The notes: generated by a model not told the origin, from the sequence alone. Counted from the first letter of the stretch, positions 54,273 to 64,000 are shown. The stretch: DNA of 64,000 nt from an uncultured Aliarcobacter sp. (GCA_963677435.1 OY781945.1:1152001-1216000), one strand, 5' to 3'. A program made the numbers and translations.

Positions 54273-55469
54273 ATGTATGATTATTTGGTGATAGGTGCGG
54301 GAATTATTGGACTAAATATTGCAAAAAATTTAAAAGAGAGATTTCCTCAAAGTAAAATTTTAGTAATTGAAAAAGAAAAAGAAGTTGCAATGCACAGCAG
54401 TGGAAGAAATTCTGGTGTTTTACATGCTGGATTTTATTACACTGCAAACTCACTTAAAGCCAAATTTACAAAAGAGGGTAACCTTGCTTTGAAAAACTTT
54501 TGCCATGAGCGAAATTTAAAAATAAATGAGTGTCAAAAAGTTGTTGTAGCAGTTGATGAAGAAGAGTTAAAAGGTTTAGAAGAGCTAAAAAGAAGAGGTG
54601 ATATAAATGGCGTTGAGCTTATTTGGCTTGATGAAAAAGAGTTAGAAAAACTTTACCCAAATATTAAAACTTATAAAAAAGCACTTCTTTGTCCTTCAAC
54701 TGCCACAGTTAATCCAAAAGCAGTAACATGTGAATTTGCAAAAGTAATAAATGAACTAGGCGTTGAATTAATACTTGATTGTAAATATTTAGGTTCAAGC
54801 AAAAATCTTGTTAAAACATCAAAAGGAGATTTTGAAGCTAAAAAAGTGATAAATTGTGCAGGATTATATGCTGATAAAATCGCACGAGATTTTGGTTTTT
54901 CAAAGGATTTTGTAATCATTCCATTTAAAGGAATTTATCTAAAAGATAAAAATAATATCTCAAATCTTACAACAAATGTTTATCCAGTTCCTGATTTGAA
55001 AAATCCATTTTTAGGAGTTCATTATACTCTTACAGTTGATAATGAAAGTAAAATAGGACCAACTGCAATTCCAGCTTTTTGGAGAGAAAACTATAAAGGA
55101 TTTGATAACTTTTCATTTTCAGAGTTTTTTGAAATACTTTTTTATGAAACAAAACTTTTTATTACAAATGCCTTTTCATTTAGAAAATTAGCATTTAGCG
55201 AGATTAAAAAATATAATCTAAATTATTTTAAAAATCTAGCACAAAAACTTACAAAAAATATGAATCACGAGGGATACAACTCTTGGAGTACACCAGGAAT
55301 TCGTGCTCAATTATTAAATAAAAATACTTTGGAATTAGTGCAAGATTTTGTAGTTGAATCAGATGAAAACTCAGTTCATGTTTTAAATGCTGTAAGTCCA
55401 GCTTTTACTTCATCAATTCCTTTTGCTTCTTGGGTTGTGGAAGAGCATATTTTAAAGAAAAGAGTTTAA
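54273..55469 (+). CDS. lhgO: L-2-hydroxyglutarate oxidase-like FAD oxidoreductase
   Basis: GAGIIG, HSSGRNSGVLHAG, NCAGLYAD, YPVPD, FLGVH, GIRAQ, NAVSPAFT. Confidence 0.85.
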   Translation: MYDYLVIGAGIIGLNIAKNLKERFPQSKILVIEKEKEVAMHSSGRNSGVLHAGFYYTANSLKAKFTKEGNLALKNFCHERNLKINECQKVVVAVDEEELKGLEELKRRGDINGVELIWLDEKELEKLYPNIKTYKKALLCPSTATVNPKAVTCEFAKVINELGVELILDCKYLGSSKNLVKTSKGDFEAKKVINCAGLYADKIARDFGFSKDFVIIPFKGIYLKDKNNISNLTTNVYPVPDLKNPFLGVHYTLTVDNESKIGPTAIPAFWRENYKGFDNFSFSEFFEILFYETKLFITNAFSFRKLAFSEIKKYNLNYFKNLAQKLTKNMNHEGYNSWSTPGIRAQLLNKNTLELVQDFVVESDENSVHVLNAVSPAFTSSIPFASWVVEEHILKKRV

Positions 55470-55538
55470 ACAAGAGTATTAAAGTCTTATTTTATATTTA
55501 AAAGATATTATTTCCTTATATTATAATTTGGAATAATA

Positions 55539-56726
55539 ATGATAAAAAATCTTTTTAAATCAAGAGTTGTTTTACTTTACCTCATGTCAATATCAATGGT
55601 ATTTTCATTTTCTGCATGGATGAGTTTATTAAACAATTATGTAATTGAAGTAGCCTCTTTTAATGGTAGTCAAATTGGTATTTTACAAAGTCTAAGAGAA
55701 ATACCAGGTTTTTTAGCTTTTACTGTTATTTTAGTGATTTTATTTATTTCTCAACAAAGACTAGCATATATTTCAATGATAGTTTTAGGTTTAGGTGTTT
55801 TTCTAACGGGATTTTATCCTAGTGCTATTGGACTTTATATTACGACTGTAATTATGTCTATTGGATTTCACTATTTAGAAACACTAAATCAATCTTTATC
55901 TCTTCAATGGCTTGATAAAAAAAATGCTCCAATAATCTTGGGAAAAATGAGTGCTGCTAAGTCTTTTACTTCTATTGTTGTATTTGTTTTAATATATATA
56001 ATGATGAAATTTTATAGTGTTGATTATAAATATGTTTATGCTTTTTTTGGGCTTAGTACTTTAATTGTAGGAGTTTTAGCTTGGATAGCTTTTGAGCATT
56101 TTAAAGATGATGTTATTCAAGAAAAAAAATTAGTTATAAAAAAAGAGTATTGGCTTTTTTATACTTTAACTTTTTTTGCAGGTGCAAGAAGACAAATATT
56201 TGTAGTATTTGCTGGATTTTTACTTGTTCAAAAATTTGGTGTTGATATTGAAAGTATGGTAGTTTTACTTTTTGCAAATGCTGTATTAAATATATTTTTA
56301 GCTCCAAAAATCGGAAGATTTATTGCTCGAGCGGGAGAGAGAATTACTCTAAACTTTGAGTATATTGGTTTAGTGTTAGTATTTGTTTCTTATGCTTTTG
56401 TTGATAGTATTTATTTTGCATTTTTTCTTTATATAGTGGATCATTTACTATTTTCAATGGCAATCGCTTTAAAAACATATTTTCAAAAAATTGCAGATCC
56501 AAAAGACATAGCAAGTGCGAATGCTGTTAGTTTTACAATTAACCATATTGCAGCTGTATTTTTACCATTTGTATTAGGAATTGTTTGGTTAAATTCTCCA
56601 TCATTAGTATTTATTATTGGAGCTATAATTGCTGTTATATCTTTTGCCTTATCTTTTTTAATTCCATTAAACCCAAGACAAGGTTTTGAAACAACTTTAA
56701 AATCAAAAAAGCTTGAGTTAGAATAA
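55539..56726 (+). CDS. MFS transporter
   Basis: About 12 hydrophobic segments; SLREIPGFL, GARRQIF. Confidence 0.85.
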   Translation: MIKNLFKSRVVLLYLMSISMVFSFSAWMSLLNNYVIEVASFNGSQIGILQSLREIPGFLAFTVILVILFISQQRLAYISMIVLGLGVFLTGFYPSAIGLYITTVIMSIGFHYLETLNQSLSLQWLDKKNAPIILGKMSAAKSFTSIVVFVLIYIMMKFYSVDYKYVYAFFGLSTLIVGVLAWIAFEHFKDDVIQEKKLVIKKEYWLFYTLTFFAGARRQIFVVFAGFLLVQKFGVDIESMVVLLFANAVLNIFLAPKIGRFIARAGERITLNFEYIGLVLVFVSYAFVDSIYFAFFLYIVDHLLFSMAIALKTYFQKIADPKDIASANAVSFTINHIAAVFLPFVLGIVWLNSPSLVFIIGAIIAVISFALSFLIPLNPRQGFETTLKSKKLELE

Positions 56727-56735
56727 ATCTAACTC

Positions 56736-57248
56736 TTAAGCTTTAGTTGTTGGATCAACAAATACTCTTGTTCCTAATTCTTGATCAATAGCGTAAAGAC
56801 CATAACCATTATCTCCCACAAGTTTTAGTTTGTCAATAATTGTGTTTAGTGTAGCCTCTTCTTCAACTTGTTCAGTTGCATACCATTGAAGCATATTATA
56901 TGTGGCATGATCTTTATTTTTCATAGCCAAATCACTAAGTTCATTTAGATTTGCACTCATAGAGATTTCATGAGCTAGAGCTTTTTTGAAAGTATCTAAA
57001 ATTGCTTTGAATTCAACATTTGATTTTTTAATTTCAGGTAAATTAATTGTAACTTGATGATTTTCTAAATACTTAAATAGTTTCATAGCATGGGCAAGCT
57101 CTTCTTGATATTGAATCAAAAACCAGCTAGAAGAGCCATTTAATCCACTTTTTGAAGCATAAGCTGACATACCTAAATAGATATAAGCTGACTGAAATTC
57201 CTTGTTTAACTGAACGATTAATGCATTTGCAACTTCATCTTTTAACAT
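56736..57248 (-). CDS. ftnA: Non-heme ferritin
   Basis: QLNKE, YLGMS, EELAH, HE, WYATEQVEEE ferroxidase residues. Confidence 0.92.
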   Translation of the reverse strand: MLKDEVANALIVQLNKEFQSAYIYLGMSAYASKSGLNGSSSWFLIQYQEELAHAMKLFKYLENHQVTINLPEIKKSNVEFKAILDTFKKALAHEISMSANLNELSDLAMKNKDHATYNMLQWYATEQVEEEATLNTIIDKLKLVGDNGYGLYAIDQELGTRVFVDPTTKA

Positions 57249-57356
57249 AGTAACTCCTTGTTTTTAATAGTGTTTAGTATACATGAATTAATCTTTAAAA
57301 GTAAAATAACCTAACTTTAGATAAAATGGGAAAAATTTAAACTAGGACTTTATAAA

Positions 57357-58277
57357 ATGGCTTTATATACATGTGGACATATTATTCCAGATTCTGACTC
57401 TATTTGTTCAGCAATCTCATTATCATATTTACTAAATAAAATAGGAAGACCAGCAACTCCTGCAAGACAAGGTGAACCAAATCCAGAAACAAAATTTATC
57501 TTAGAAAAATTTGGATTTGAATTACCAGTTTTAAAAACTTCTTTTGCTGGTGATGAGCTATTTATCACAGATTATTCAGATGTTGCACAAGCTCCTCAAG
57601 AGCTTGATAAAACTACAGTTGTTGGAATTGTTGACCACCATAAATTAGGTGATATTACAACTTCAGCTCCATTAGAGTGTTGGATTAGACCTGTTGGTTG
57701 TACAAATACAATCGTAAAAGAAATGTATGATTTTCACAAAGTTGAAATTCCTGCAAACATTGCTGGAATCATGATGTGTGCGATTTTATCAGATACAGTA
57801 ATTTTTAAATCACCAACATGTACAGATACAGACATCAAAGCTGTTAGAGAGTTATCAAAAATCTGTGGAATTGAAGATTTTGGTGCTCTTGGTATGGAAA
57901 TGTTCAAAGTTAAGTCACAAGTTATTGGAACTCCAATTAGAGACCTTGTAATGAGAGATTATAAAAACTTTGATATGCATGGAACAAAAGTAGGTGTTGG
58001 ACAACTTGAAGTTGTTGATGGAAGCGTTTTTGATGACATCAAAGATGAGTTAATGGCTGATATTAAAAAAGTAAAAGAAGAAAACAATCTTCACACAGTA
58101 GCTTTATTATTAACTGACATTATCAAAGAGGGTTCAGAAGTTCTTGTTGCATCTGATGATAATTCAATTTTTGAAAAAGCATTTAACTGTAAACTTGAAG
58201 ATAACAAAGTTTGGTTAGACGGTTGTCTATCAAGAAAAAAACAAATTATTCCTTTCTTAGAACCTGCATTCGCTTAA
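57357..58277 (+). CDS. ppaC: Manganese-dependent inorganic pyrophosphatase (family II)
   Basis: GHIIPDSDS, VDHH, ILSDT, FKSPT, SRKKQIIP. Confidence 0.96.
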   Translation: MALYTCGHIIPDSDSICSAISLSYLLNKIGRPATPARQGEPNPETKFILEKFGFELPVLKTSFAGDELFITDYSDVAQAPQELDKTTVVGIVDHHKLGDITTSAPLECWIRPVGCTNTIVKEMYDFHKVEIPANIAGIMMCAILSDTVIFKSPTCTDTDIKAVRELSKICGIEDFGALGMEMFKVKSQVIGTPIRDLVMRDYKNFDMHGTKVGVGQLEVVDGSVFDDIKDELMADIKKVKEENNLHTVALLLTDIIKEGSEVLVASDDNSIFEKAFNCKLEDNKVWLDGCLSRKKQIIPFLEPAFA

Positions 58278-58306
58278 AAAAAAGATAGCATGTCGCTATC
58301 TTTTTT
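58278..58306 (+). terminator. Intrinsic terminator after ppaC
   Basis: AAAAAAGATAGC-ATGTC-GCTATCTTTTTT. Confidence 0.8.
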
Positions 58307-58340
58307 ATTTTTTTACATAATATTTTTATTAGGATTCCCT

Positions 58341-59108
58341 ATGGAACTTTTTGCTGATATTACTCTTTTTTGGGTAATTGCTTTTGTTGTTGTTGGTTTT
58401 TTAGCTGGTTATATTGACTCAATTGCTGGTGGAGGAGGAATGATACAAGTTCCTATTTTACTTTTAAGTGGAATTTCACCTTTGAATGTTTTAGCTTCAA
58501 ATAAAATGGCAGGTTTAGTTGGTGTTTTAATGGCCACAATTAAATATGCACTTAGCAAAAAAATATCTTGGAAAGTTGTAAGTATTGCAATAATTCCTTG
58601 TTTAATTGCTTCTTATATAGGAAGTAGATTAGTTATGTTTGTATCTGATGAAGTAATCAAATGGGCTATTATTTTAGCTATTCCAGTTGCAATGCTTTTT
58701 TTGTTTAAAAAAAGTAAAAAAATCATAGAAGAAAAAACAGAACTAACAAATAAAAACATAGTTCTAGCAACTGCTCCAATAGGTTTTTATGATGGTTTAT
58801 TAGGACCTGGAACTGGAACATATATGACTATTTCTATGAAAAAGTTTTTACATTTGGATTATTTAGTTTCTACAGCTTCAACTAAACCTTTGAATTTTGC
58901 TACAAATGTAGGTTCTGCAATTGCTTTTATAATGGCTGGAAAAGTTTTATGGGGAGTTGCTATTGTTTTAGGTTTAGCAAATATTGCTGGCTCTTATGTG
59001 GGAAGTCACTATGCCATAAAAGGTGGAGAAGAGTTCATAAAAAAAATACTTATATTTGTACTTGTTTTTATGTTATTGGCAAATATTGTAAAAATAGTAG
59101 TAAGTTAG
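58341..59108 (+). CDS. TauE/SafE (TSUP) family membrane protein
   Basis: IDSIAGGGG, GFYDGLLGPGTG; ATG 58341 with AGGA RBS preferred over 58290. Confidence 0.88.
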   Translation: MELFADITLFWVIAFVVVGFLAGYIDSIAGGGGMIQVPILLLSGISPLNVLASNKMAGLVGVLMATIKYALSKKISWKVVSIAIIPCLIASYIGSRLVMFVSDEVIKWAIILAIPVAMLFLFKKSKKIIEEKTELTNKNIVLATAPIGFYDGLLGPGTGTYMTISMKKFLHLDYLVSTASTKPLNFATNVGSAIAFIMAGKVLWGVAIVLGLANIAGSYVGSHYAIKGGEEFIKKILIFVLVFMLLANIVKIVVS

Positions 59109-59172
59109 GTTTTTATCTTCAAAAGAACAATATTTGCAAGTCATAAAGCAAATACTGTTTGAAAAGATAAAA

Positions 59173-59733
59173 ATGAATAATATAATAGAAGTAAACAACT
59201 CAAAGAACAATGCTCAATTAAATGCAAACCGTGAAGAGTTGATTTACACTATTATAGATGCTTGTCCCTATGATTTTGAGTTAATCCCTACAATCGCTTC
59301 TTTTAAATACCTCTCTTATTTTGACCACATAACACAATATGACGGAATTCGATATTTTTCAAAAATGTATAAACTTATTGATATGTTGTGTCAATACAAA
59401 AAACTTATCCAAAAATTAGAAACAACTCAACAAACAAAAAACGATAATGTTTCAACTCCTTCAAACTCAAAAGACTTACAAATCAGAACAATCCTAACTG
59501 AAAATGACCTTTTTACAAGCTGTCAAATCAATGCTATTCAAATTTATAAAACTTATCTTTTTGGAGTGGAAAATCTAAAAATTGATGATAATGTTTTAGC
59601 TCATAGTCTAAATCATATAATAAATGAATTTTTCGAAGAAGCCTTTACTTCAAAACTAAAAAAAAGAGATATGACACAAATAACAAAAGTAAAAACACGA
59701 TTTATGGGTATTGATGTTTTTGAGTTTGTATAG
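59173..59733 (+). CDS. Hypothetical protein
   Basis: Open frame of ~186 aa from ATG 59173; no recognisable motif. Confidence 0.55.
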   Translation: MNNIIEVNNSKNNAQLNANREELIYTIIDACPYDFELIPTIASFKYLSYFDHITQYDGIRYFSKMYKLIDMLCQYKKLIQKLETTQQTKNDNVSTPSNSKDLQIRTILTENDLFTSCQINAIQIYKTYLFGVENLKIDDNVLAHSLNHIINEFFEEAFTSKLKKRDMTQITKVKTRFMGIDVFEFV

Positions 59734-59781
59734 GGTGTAAATTATTGTAAAATAAATGACTTTATACTGTGGATATATCGA

Positions 59782-59988
59782 ATGGCAAATAAAAAAGATA
59801 AACAAAAATTTATTAAAATTGATGATTTAGTAATAAAAGAAATGAAAATAAGAAAAAATGAAATTGAATCTTCAAAAGTAACTTTAATTGATGGTAATGA
59901 AGTTTTTAGAAAGATTGAATTAAAAGAAACAAAAGACAAAGATGCTATTTCTGAGTTGTTGAATGATAGTGATTTAGAAGATTTTTGA
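59782..59988 (+). CDS. Small protein resembling a putative addiction-module component
   Basis: 'EMKIRKNEIESSKVTLIDGNEVF' pattern, acidic tail; adjacent to a TA pair. Confidence 0.45.
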   Translation: MANKKDKQKFIKIDDLVIKEMKIRKNEIESSKVTLIDGNEVFRKIELKETKDKDAISELLNDSDLEDF

Positions 59989-60020
59989 TACAATTATAAT
60001 AAATTAGAAAAGGAGTAAAA

Positions 60021-60317
60021 ATGACAAAAGAAGAAATATTATCTTATCTAAAATCAAAACAGCAATTTTTTTATGATAACTTTGGTATCAAATTTGTTGG
60101 TCTTTTTGGCTCTTTTTCAAGAGATGAAGCAAAAGATTCAAGTGATATAGATCTTTTGTATCATCTTGAAGAGAACAAAAAACTCTCTATGTTTAAATAC
60201 TTAAAATTAAATAGTTTATTGGAAGAATCTTTTAATAGAAAAGTTGACTTAGTAAGAGATGATACAGTTAAACCACAAGTTAAAAGTTATATAGAAAAAG
60301 ATTTGATATATGTTTAA
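60021..60317 (+). CDS. Minimal nucleotidyltransferase (MNT) antitoxin
   Basis: GLFGSFSR...SDIDL, RKVDLV; 98 aa; RBS AAGGAG. Confidence 0.9.
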   Translation: MTKEEILSYLKSKQQFFYDNFGIKFVGLFGSFSRDEAKDSSDIDLLYHLEENKKLSMFKYLKLNSLLEESFNRKVDLVRDDTVKPQVKSYIEKDLIYV

Positions 60318-60657
60318 AAGTAATAGAGATTTTAAGCTTTATATAGAAGATATTTCTAATGAATGTAAAAACATTAGAACTTTTACAAAAAATGTATCTT
60401 ATTCAGAATTTACAGAAAATTTAGAAAAAGTGTATGCAGTTGCAAAAGCTTTTGAAAATATTGGTGAAGCTGTAAAAAATATACCAAAAGAGATAACAAC
60501 TTCTTATGCTCAAATTCCATGGAATGAAATTGCTAAAATGAGAGATATTTTAACTCATCATTATTTTGGTGTTGATGACAAAGTTTTATGGGATACTTTA
60601 GGAGAAGATTTTAATGAGTTTGAAAAAGTAATAGAAAAAATACTTTTAGAAATTTAA
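60310..60657 (+). CDS. HEPN (DUF86) ribonuclease toxin
   Basis: IGEA, IPW, RDILTHHY (RX4H) motif; overlaps MNT gene. Confidence 0.9.
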   Translation: MFKSNRDFKLYIEDISNECKNIRTFTKNVSYSEFTENLEKVYAVAKAFENIGEAVKNIPKEITTSYAQIPWNEIAKMRDILTHHYFGVDDKVLWDTLGEDFNEFEKVIEKILLEI

Positions 60658-60722
60658 TTTGTTTTCTTAAATCCCCACAAAATCTACAAATAAGCCCAAA
60701 ACAGATAAAATCCCATTTCAAA

Positions 60723-60906
60723 ATCCATTAAGTGAATTTATTTTAATTCATGGGAAATAGGTGTGATTCCTATACTGCCCCCGCAACGGTAATGCCCATA
60801 TAATAGTTTCTATTATGCCAACTCTTAAAAACCACTGTCTTTTTTGATGGGAAGGTAAGATTTGGTTTGAAAAAGTGTGCTAAGTCCGGAGACCTGCTTG
60901 ATAGAT
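60723..60906 (+). ncRNA. Cobalamin (B12) riboswitch
   Basis: GGGAA...GGTG...ACTGCCCCCGCAACGGTAA, CCACTG...GGGAAGG, and B12-box AAGTCCGGAGACCTGC, upstream of a cobN-like gene. Confidence 0.93.
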
Positions 60907-61020
60907 TAAATATGCAAAATCAGGCGGGGTGACCTGAAAAGTTAGCAATATACTTCATATATAATAGTTACTTTAAACCCTAAATGATTCTAGTATTAAT
61001 TTTAATTAATAGGAAGTTTC

Positions 61021-64000
61021 ATGCTTTTATTTCGACATTTCTTAATGTTGTTTTTTATTTTTCTCTTTAGTTCAAATCTTTTGGCAAAAGAGAATAAAAC
61101 AATTTTTTCTATCGTTTCAGATAGATCCGCTTCAAATCTAAATAGTGGTGCAAATACATATTTGCAAAACTCAAATGATAAAATCATCATAAGAACAGTA
61201 AATCAAGTAGCACTTATGAGTGATGAAGAGTTAGATAAATATTTAACCCAGTCAGATTCACTTCTATTTTGTGCAGTTTTTGGTGATGTTGTTGATAGGT
61301 TATTATCAAAAAAATATTCATCTTCACAACTTAGAATTTCTATTCAAGGGGATAGAAGACTTCTTGTTTTGAATAATGATTTATTGGGAAACTCTTATGC
61401 TGACAATATTGATAAAGTTCTTGAGAAAGATAAAGAAAATCTTGGATATTTGAACTTTTTAGAGAAAAAACAAAAAGAGTTTCCCTCTTATGCTTTTTAT
61501 CTACAAGCAAGGGCTTATTGGGATAATAGGGGAAATGAAAATATTTCAAATCTTTTTTCTTTTTTGTTTAATCAAAACTCTCAAGAAAACTCTTGGCCAA
61601 AAGTTATAGAGTTAAAAGCCATAAGATATTTTTTAAATGGTGATGATTCAAAAACATATTTTGATATTGAGGATTTAGGAAAAAAAATAAATCCAGCAAA
61701 AGATATATTATTTGTTTTGGATAGTGATAGTTCAGACAGTTTAAATGAGTGGAAAATTCACAAAGAGTTAGTAAAAAATTCAAACTTTGAAGTAATCTCA
61801 ATTTTATCTTCTTGGGGAAAATCAAGTTTTGAAGCAGTTGAAAGTATCGAAAAACTAATCTCAAAATTGCCAACAAAGCAAGCATATTCAATTATCTCTT
61901 TACATGATTTTGTAATAGGAAGTGGAACTGCAAAAAATGAAGTAGATGAAATCTTAGAAAGATTAAATGTTCCTATTTTAAAAGGTCTTAGGGTTTCAGA
62001 TTTATCATATTTAAACTATTCCTTATCAAGTGAGGGTTTACCTAAAAATTCGGTTCATTACCGAATCGCAATGCCAGAACTTCAAGGAATAGGGCAAGTT
62101 CAAATTCTTTCATTAAATGAAGATTTCATAACTGATAAAAATACAGGAGTAAATCTTTTTTCTGTAAAGATTTTGGATGATGAGATAAAAGCAATTGTTG
62201 CAAAAGCGAATAATTGGATAAAACTAAAAAAGAAAAATAATAAAGATAAAAAAATTGCAATAATTTATTATAACCATCCTCCAGGGCGACACAATATTGG
62301 AGCTGATAATTTAAATGTGCCAAAATCACTTTTTAATATTTTAACTTCTTTAAAAGCTCAAGGTTACGATGTTGGAGAATTACCAGCAAATGATGAAGAG
62401 TTATTAAAAATGATTCAAGAAAAAGCTGTAAATCTTCCAAATGACAAAAAAGCCTTAGAAGAAATGAGTCCAAATATAAATAAAATGGATTCACAAGAAT
62501 ACAAAGCTTGGTTTAAAACTCTTCCAAATTATATTCAAGAAGAGATGCAATATGGTCCATTGGCTCTGCTTCACACGGAGATAAAAAGTTTTTTAAAGGA
62601 TGATTTGAAAAATATCTCATCTACAAATAAAGCAATTGCTTATGATTCTATAAAAAATTATATGCACAAAACTATGGATAATTTACACCATGCAATGGAT
62701 GGAATCAGAAGTGAAAGCAGACAAAGAGCTGTAAATTTACTAGCACAATTAAGACAAGAGTATGAAAATATTTTAAATCTTTCTCAAGAGCAAAAAGAGT
62801 TTTCATTTGAAACAATGGATTCTTTAGAAAAAGCTGTAATTGATTTACAAATCGAGGGAATAAGAGGTTGGGGCGAAGCACCAGGAATTGTAATGGTACA
62901 TGAAAATAAGCTCTTACTTCCAAGTTTAAATTTTGGAAATATTCTTTTAGCTCCACAACCACCACGAGGTTGGGAATTAAATGAAGAGTTGCTTCATGCA
63001 AACTTATCATTTCCTCCAACACATCAGTATTTGGCTTTTTATCATTTTATAAAAGATAGTTTTAAAGCCGATGCGGTTATTCATCTTGGGCGACACTCAA
63101 CTTATGAGTTTTTACCAAAAAAGAGTGTTGGACTTACTTCAAAAGATTATCCATATTTAATGATTGGGGATATGCCTAGTATTTATCCATATATTGTAGA
63201 TGGAGTTGGTGAGGGAATTCAAGCCAAAAGAAGAGGTCAAGCCATAATGATTGACCATTTAACGCCACCTTTAGCTAGTACAAAATTATATGATGACTTA
63301 TTACATATAAGACAATTGATTGAAAGTGCAGAATCAGCAACAGATGAAATCGTTAGAAAAAACTCAATAACAAAAATAAAAGAAGCAATCAATAAAGCAA
63401 ATCTAAAAGATGAACTTATAAAAAGTATGGATGATGAATTAAAAGTAAGAGGAATTGGTTTTGATGAGGTTGATGATGAATTTTTATTACATGAAGTTGG
63501 TCATTATTTAACAAAATTACAAGAAAAATTTATGCCTTTGGGACTTCATACTTTTGGGGAGACTTGGAGTGAAGAAGCTGTAACTATCATGCTTAAATCA
63601 ATGGGTGAAGAGAAAAATGCCCAAGTTAGAGAAAATCTAATCAAATCACCTGCAAATGAGATGAAATCTTTATTAAATGCCTTAAATGGTGGATATGTAA
63701 TTGCAGGAAAAGGAAATGACCCAATTAGAACAAATGAAGCGCTTCCAACTGGAAAAAACTTTTATGCCCTTGATGGCAGTTTAATTCCAAGTCGAGTGGG
63801 ATATGACATCGGAGTAAAACTAGCTCAAAAAGTGCGAGAAAATAAAAACTATGACATTAGAAAAAAAGAAGCAATAATTCTTTGGGCATCTGATACAGTA
63901 AGAGATGAAGGAGCTATGATAGCTTTTGGTTTTGATTTATTAGGAGTAAAACCAGTTTGGAATAGTAGGGGAATTTTACAAGGATTAGAGCTTTTACCTT
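61021..64000 (+). CDS. cobN: CobN/Mg-chelatase H-family protein, partial (runs off window; absent from the ORF track)
   Basis: RBS AGGAAG, ATG 61021; in-frame KKIAIIYYNHPPG, APQPPRGW, DAVIHLGRHSTYEFLP, YPYIVDGVGEGIQAKRRG, LPTGKNFY; signal-peptide-like N-terminus. Confidence 0.88.
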   Translation, partial: MLLFRHFLMLFFIFLFSSNLLAKENKTIFSIVSDRSASNLNSGANTYLQNSNDKIIIRTVNQVALMSDEELDKYLTQSDSLLFCAVFGDVVDRLLSKKYSSSQLRISIQGDRRLLVLNNDLLGNSYADNIDKVLEKDKENLGYLNFLEKKQKEFPSYAFYLQARAYWDNRGNENISNLFSFLFNQNSQENSWPKVIELKAIRYFLNGDDSKTYFDIEDLGKKINPAKDILFVLDSDSSDSLNEWKIHKELVKNSNFEVISILSSWGKSSFEAVESIEKLISKLPTKQAYSIISLHDFVIGSGTAKNEVDEILERLNVPILKGLRVSDLSYLNYSLSSEGLPKNSVHYRIAMPELQGIGQVQILSLNEDFITDKNTGVNLFSVKILDDEIKAIVAKANNWIKLKKKNNKDKKIAIIYYNHPPGRHNIGADNLNVPKSLFNILTSLKAQGYDVGELPANDEELLKMIQEKAVNLPNDKKALEEMSPNINKMDSQEYKAWFKTLPNYIQEEMQYGPLALLHTEIKSFLKDDLKNISSTNKAIAYDSIKNYMHKTMDNLHHAMDGIRSESRQRAVNLLAQLRQEYENILNLSQEQKEFSFETMDSLEKAVIDLQIEGIRGWGEAPGIVMVHENKLLLPSLNFGNILLAPQPPRGWELNEELLHANLSFPPTHQYLAFYHFIKDSFKADAVIHLGRHSTYEFLPKKSVGLTSKDYPYLMIGDMPSIYPYIVDGVGEGIQAKRRGQAIMIDHLTPPLASTKLYDDLLHIRQLIESAESATDEIVRKNSITKIKEAINKANLKDELIKSMDDELKVRGIGFDEVDDEFLLHEVGHYLTKLQEKFMPLGLHTFGETWSEEAVTIMLKSMGEEKNAQVRENLIKSPANEMKSLLNALNGGYVIAGKGNDPIRTNEALPTGKNFYALDGSLIPSRVGYDIGVKLAQKVRENKNYDIRKKEAIILWASDTVRDEGAMIAFGFDLLGVKPVWNSRGILQGLELLP

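Noticed and set aside
56715..56735. AATCTAAC (56726-56733) as the inverse core closing a third cassette that begins GTTAGATT at 49833
   Set aside because: It is one arm of a local hairpin (GAGTTAGA/TCTAACTC) between convergent genes; no L boxes or attC-like spacing, and the intervening genes are ordinary metabolic genes.
61002..63022. Five short minus-strand ORFs in the ORF track
   Set aside because: Shadows of the long plus-strand cobN-like frame starting at 61021.

Overview
AT-rich bacterial chromosome segment, very likely Campylobacterota, family Arcobacteraceae (inferred from gene order aroC-rnc-TPR-dnaG and birA-parA-parB-atpF'FHAGDC-tolQRAB-pal-cpoB-slyD-fabD-mtnN, and from the 'IAHQWRQPL'-type kinases). 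1-41.7 kb is mostly housekeeping, plus an Asp/Asn utilisation locus and two-component systems. 41.8-49.8 kb is an integron cassette array with no integrase in the window. Two near-identical 54-bp attC sites delimit two unusually large anti-phage cassettes. Cassette 1 is an ABC-three-component/Lamassu-like system whose LmuA-like subunit has no enzymatic effector. Instead it shares an identical 14-aa motif (ITAGGDVTGRDKIT; 8 of 14 codons differ synonymously) with the C-terminus of an adjacent 56-aa membrane peptide, an architecture typical of amyloid signalling pairs; this is the best candidate for an undescribed system. Its SMC-like ATPase carries a frameshift. Cassette 2 is a Mokosh type I-like kinase-helicase + PLD pair. 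Downstream lie a ~520-bp structured non-coding element, a TAXI-TRAP/LUD/lhgO operon, ferritin, ppaC, an MNT-HEPN toxin-antitoxin pair, and a cobalamin riboswitch before a signal-peptide-bearing CobN-like gene that runs off the window end. A relic of a deleted rnhA lies in front of rnc. All family assignments come from motif recognition by eye, not database searches.
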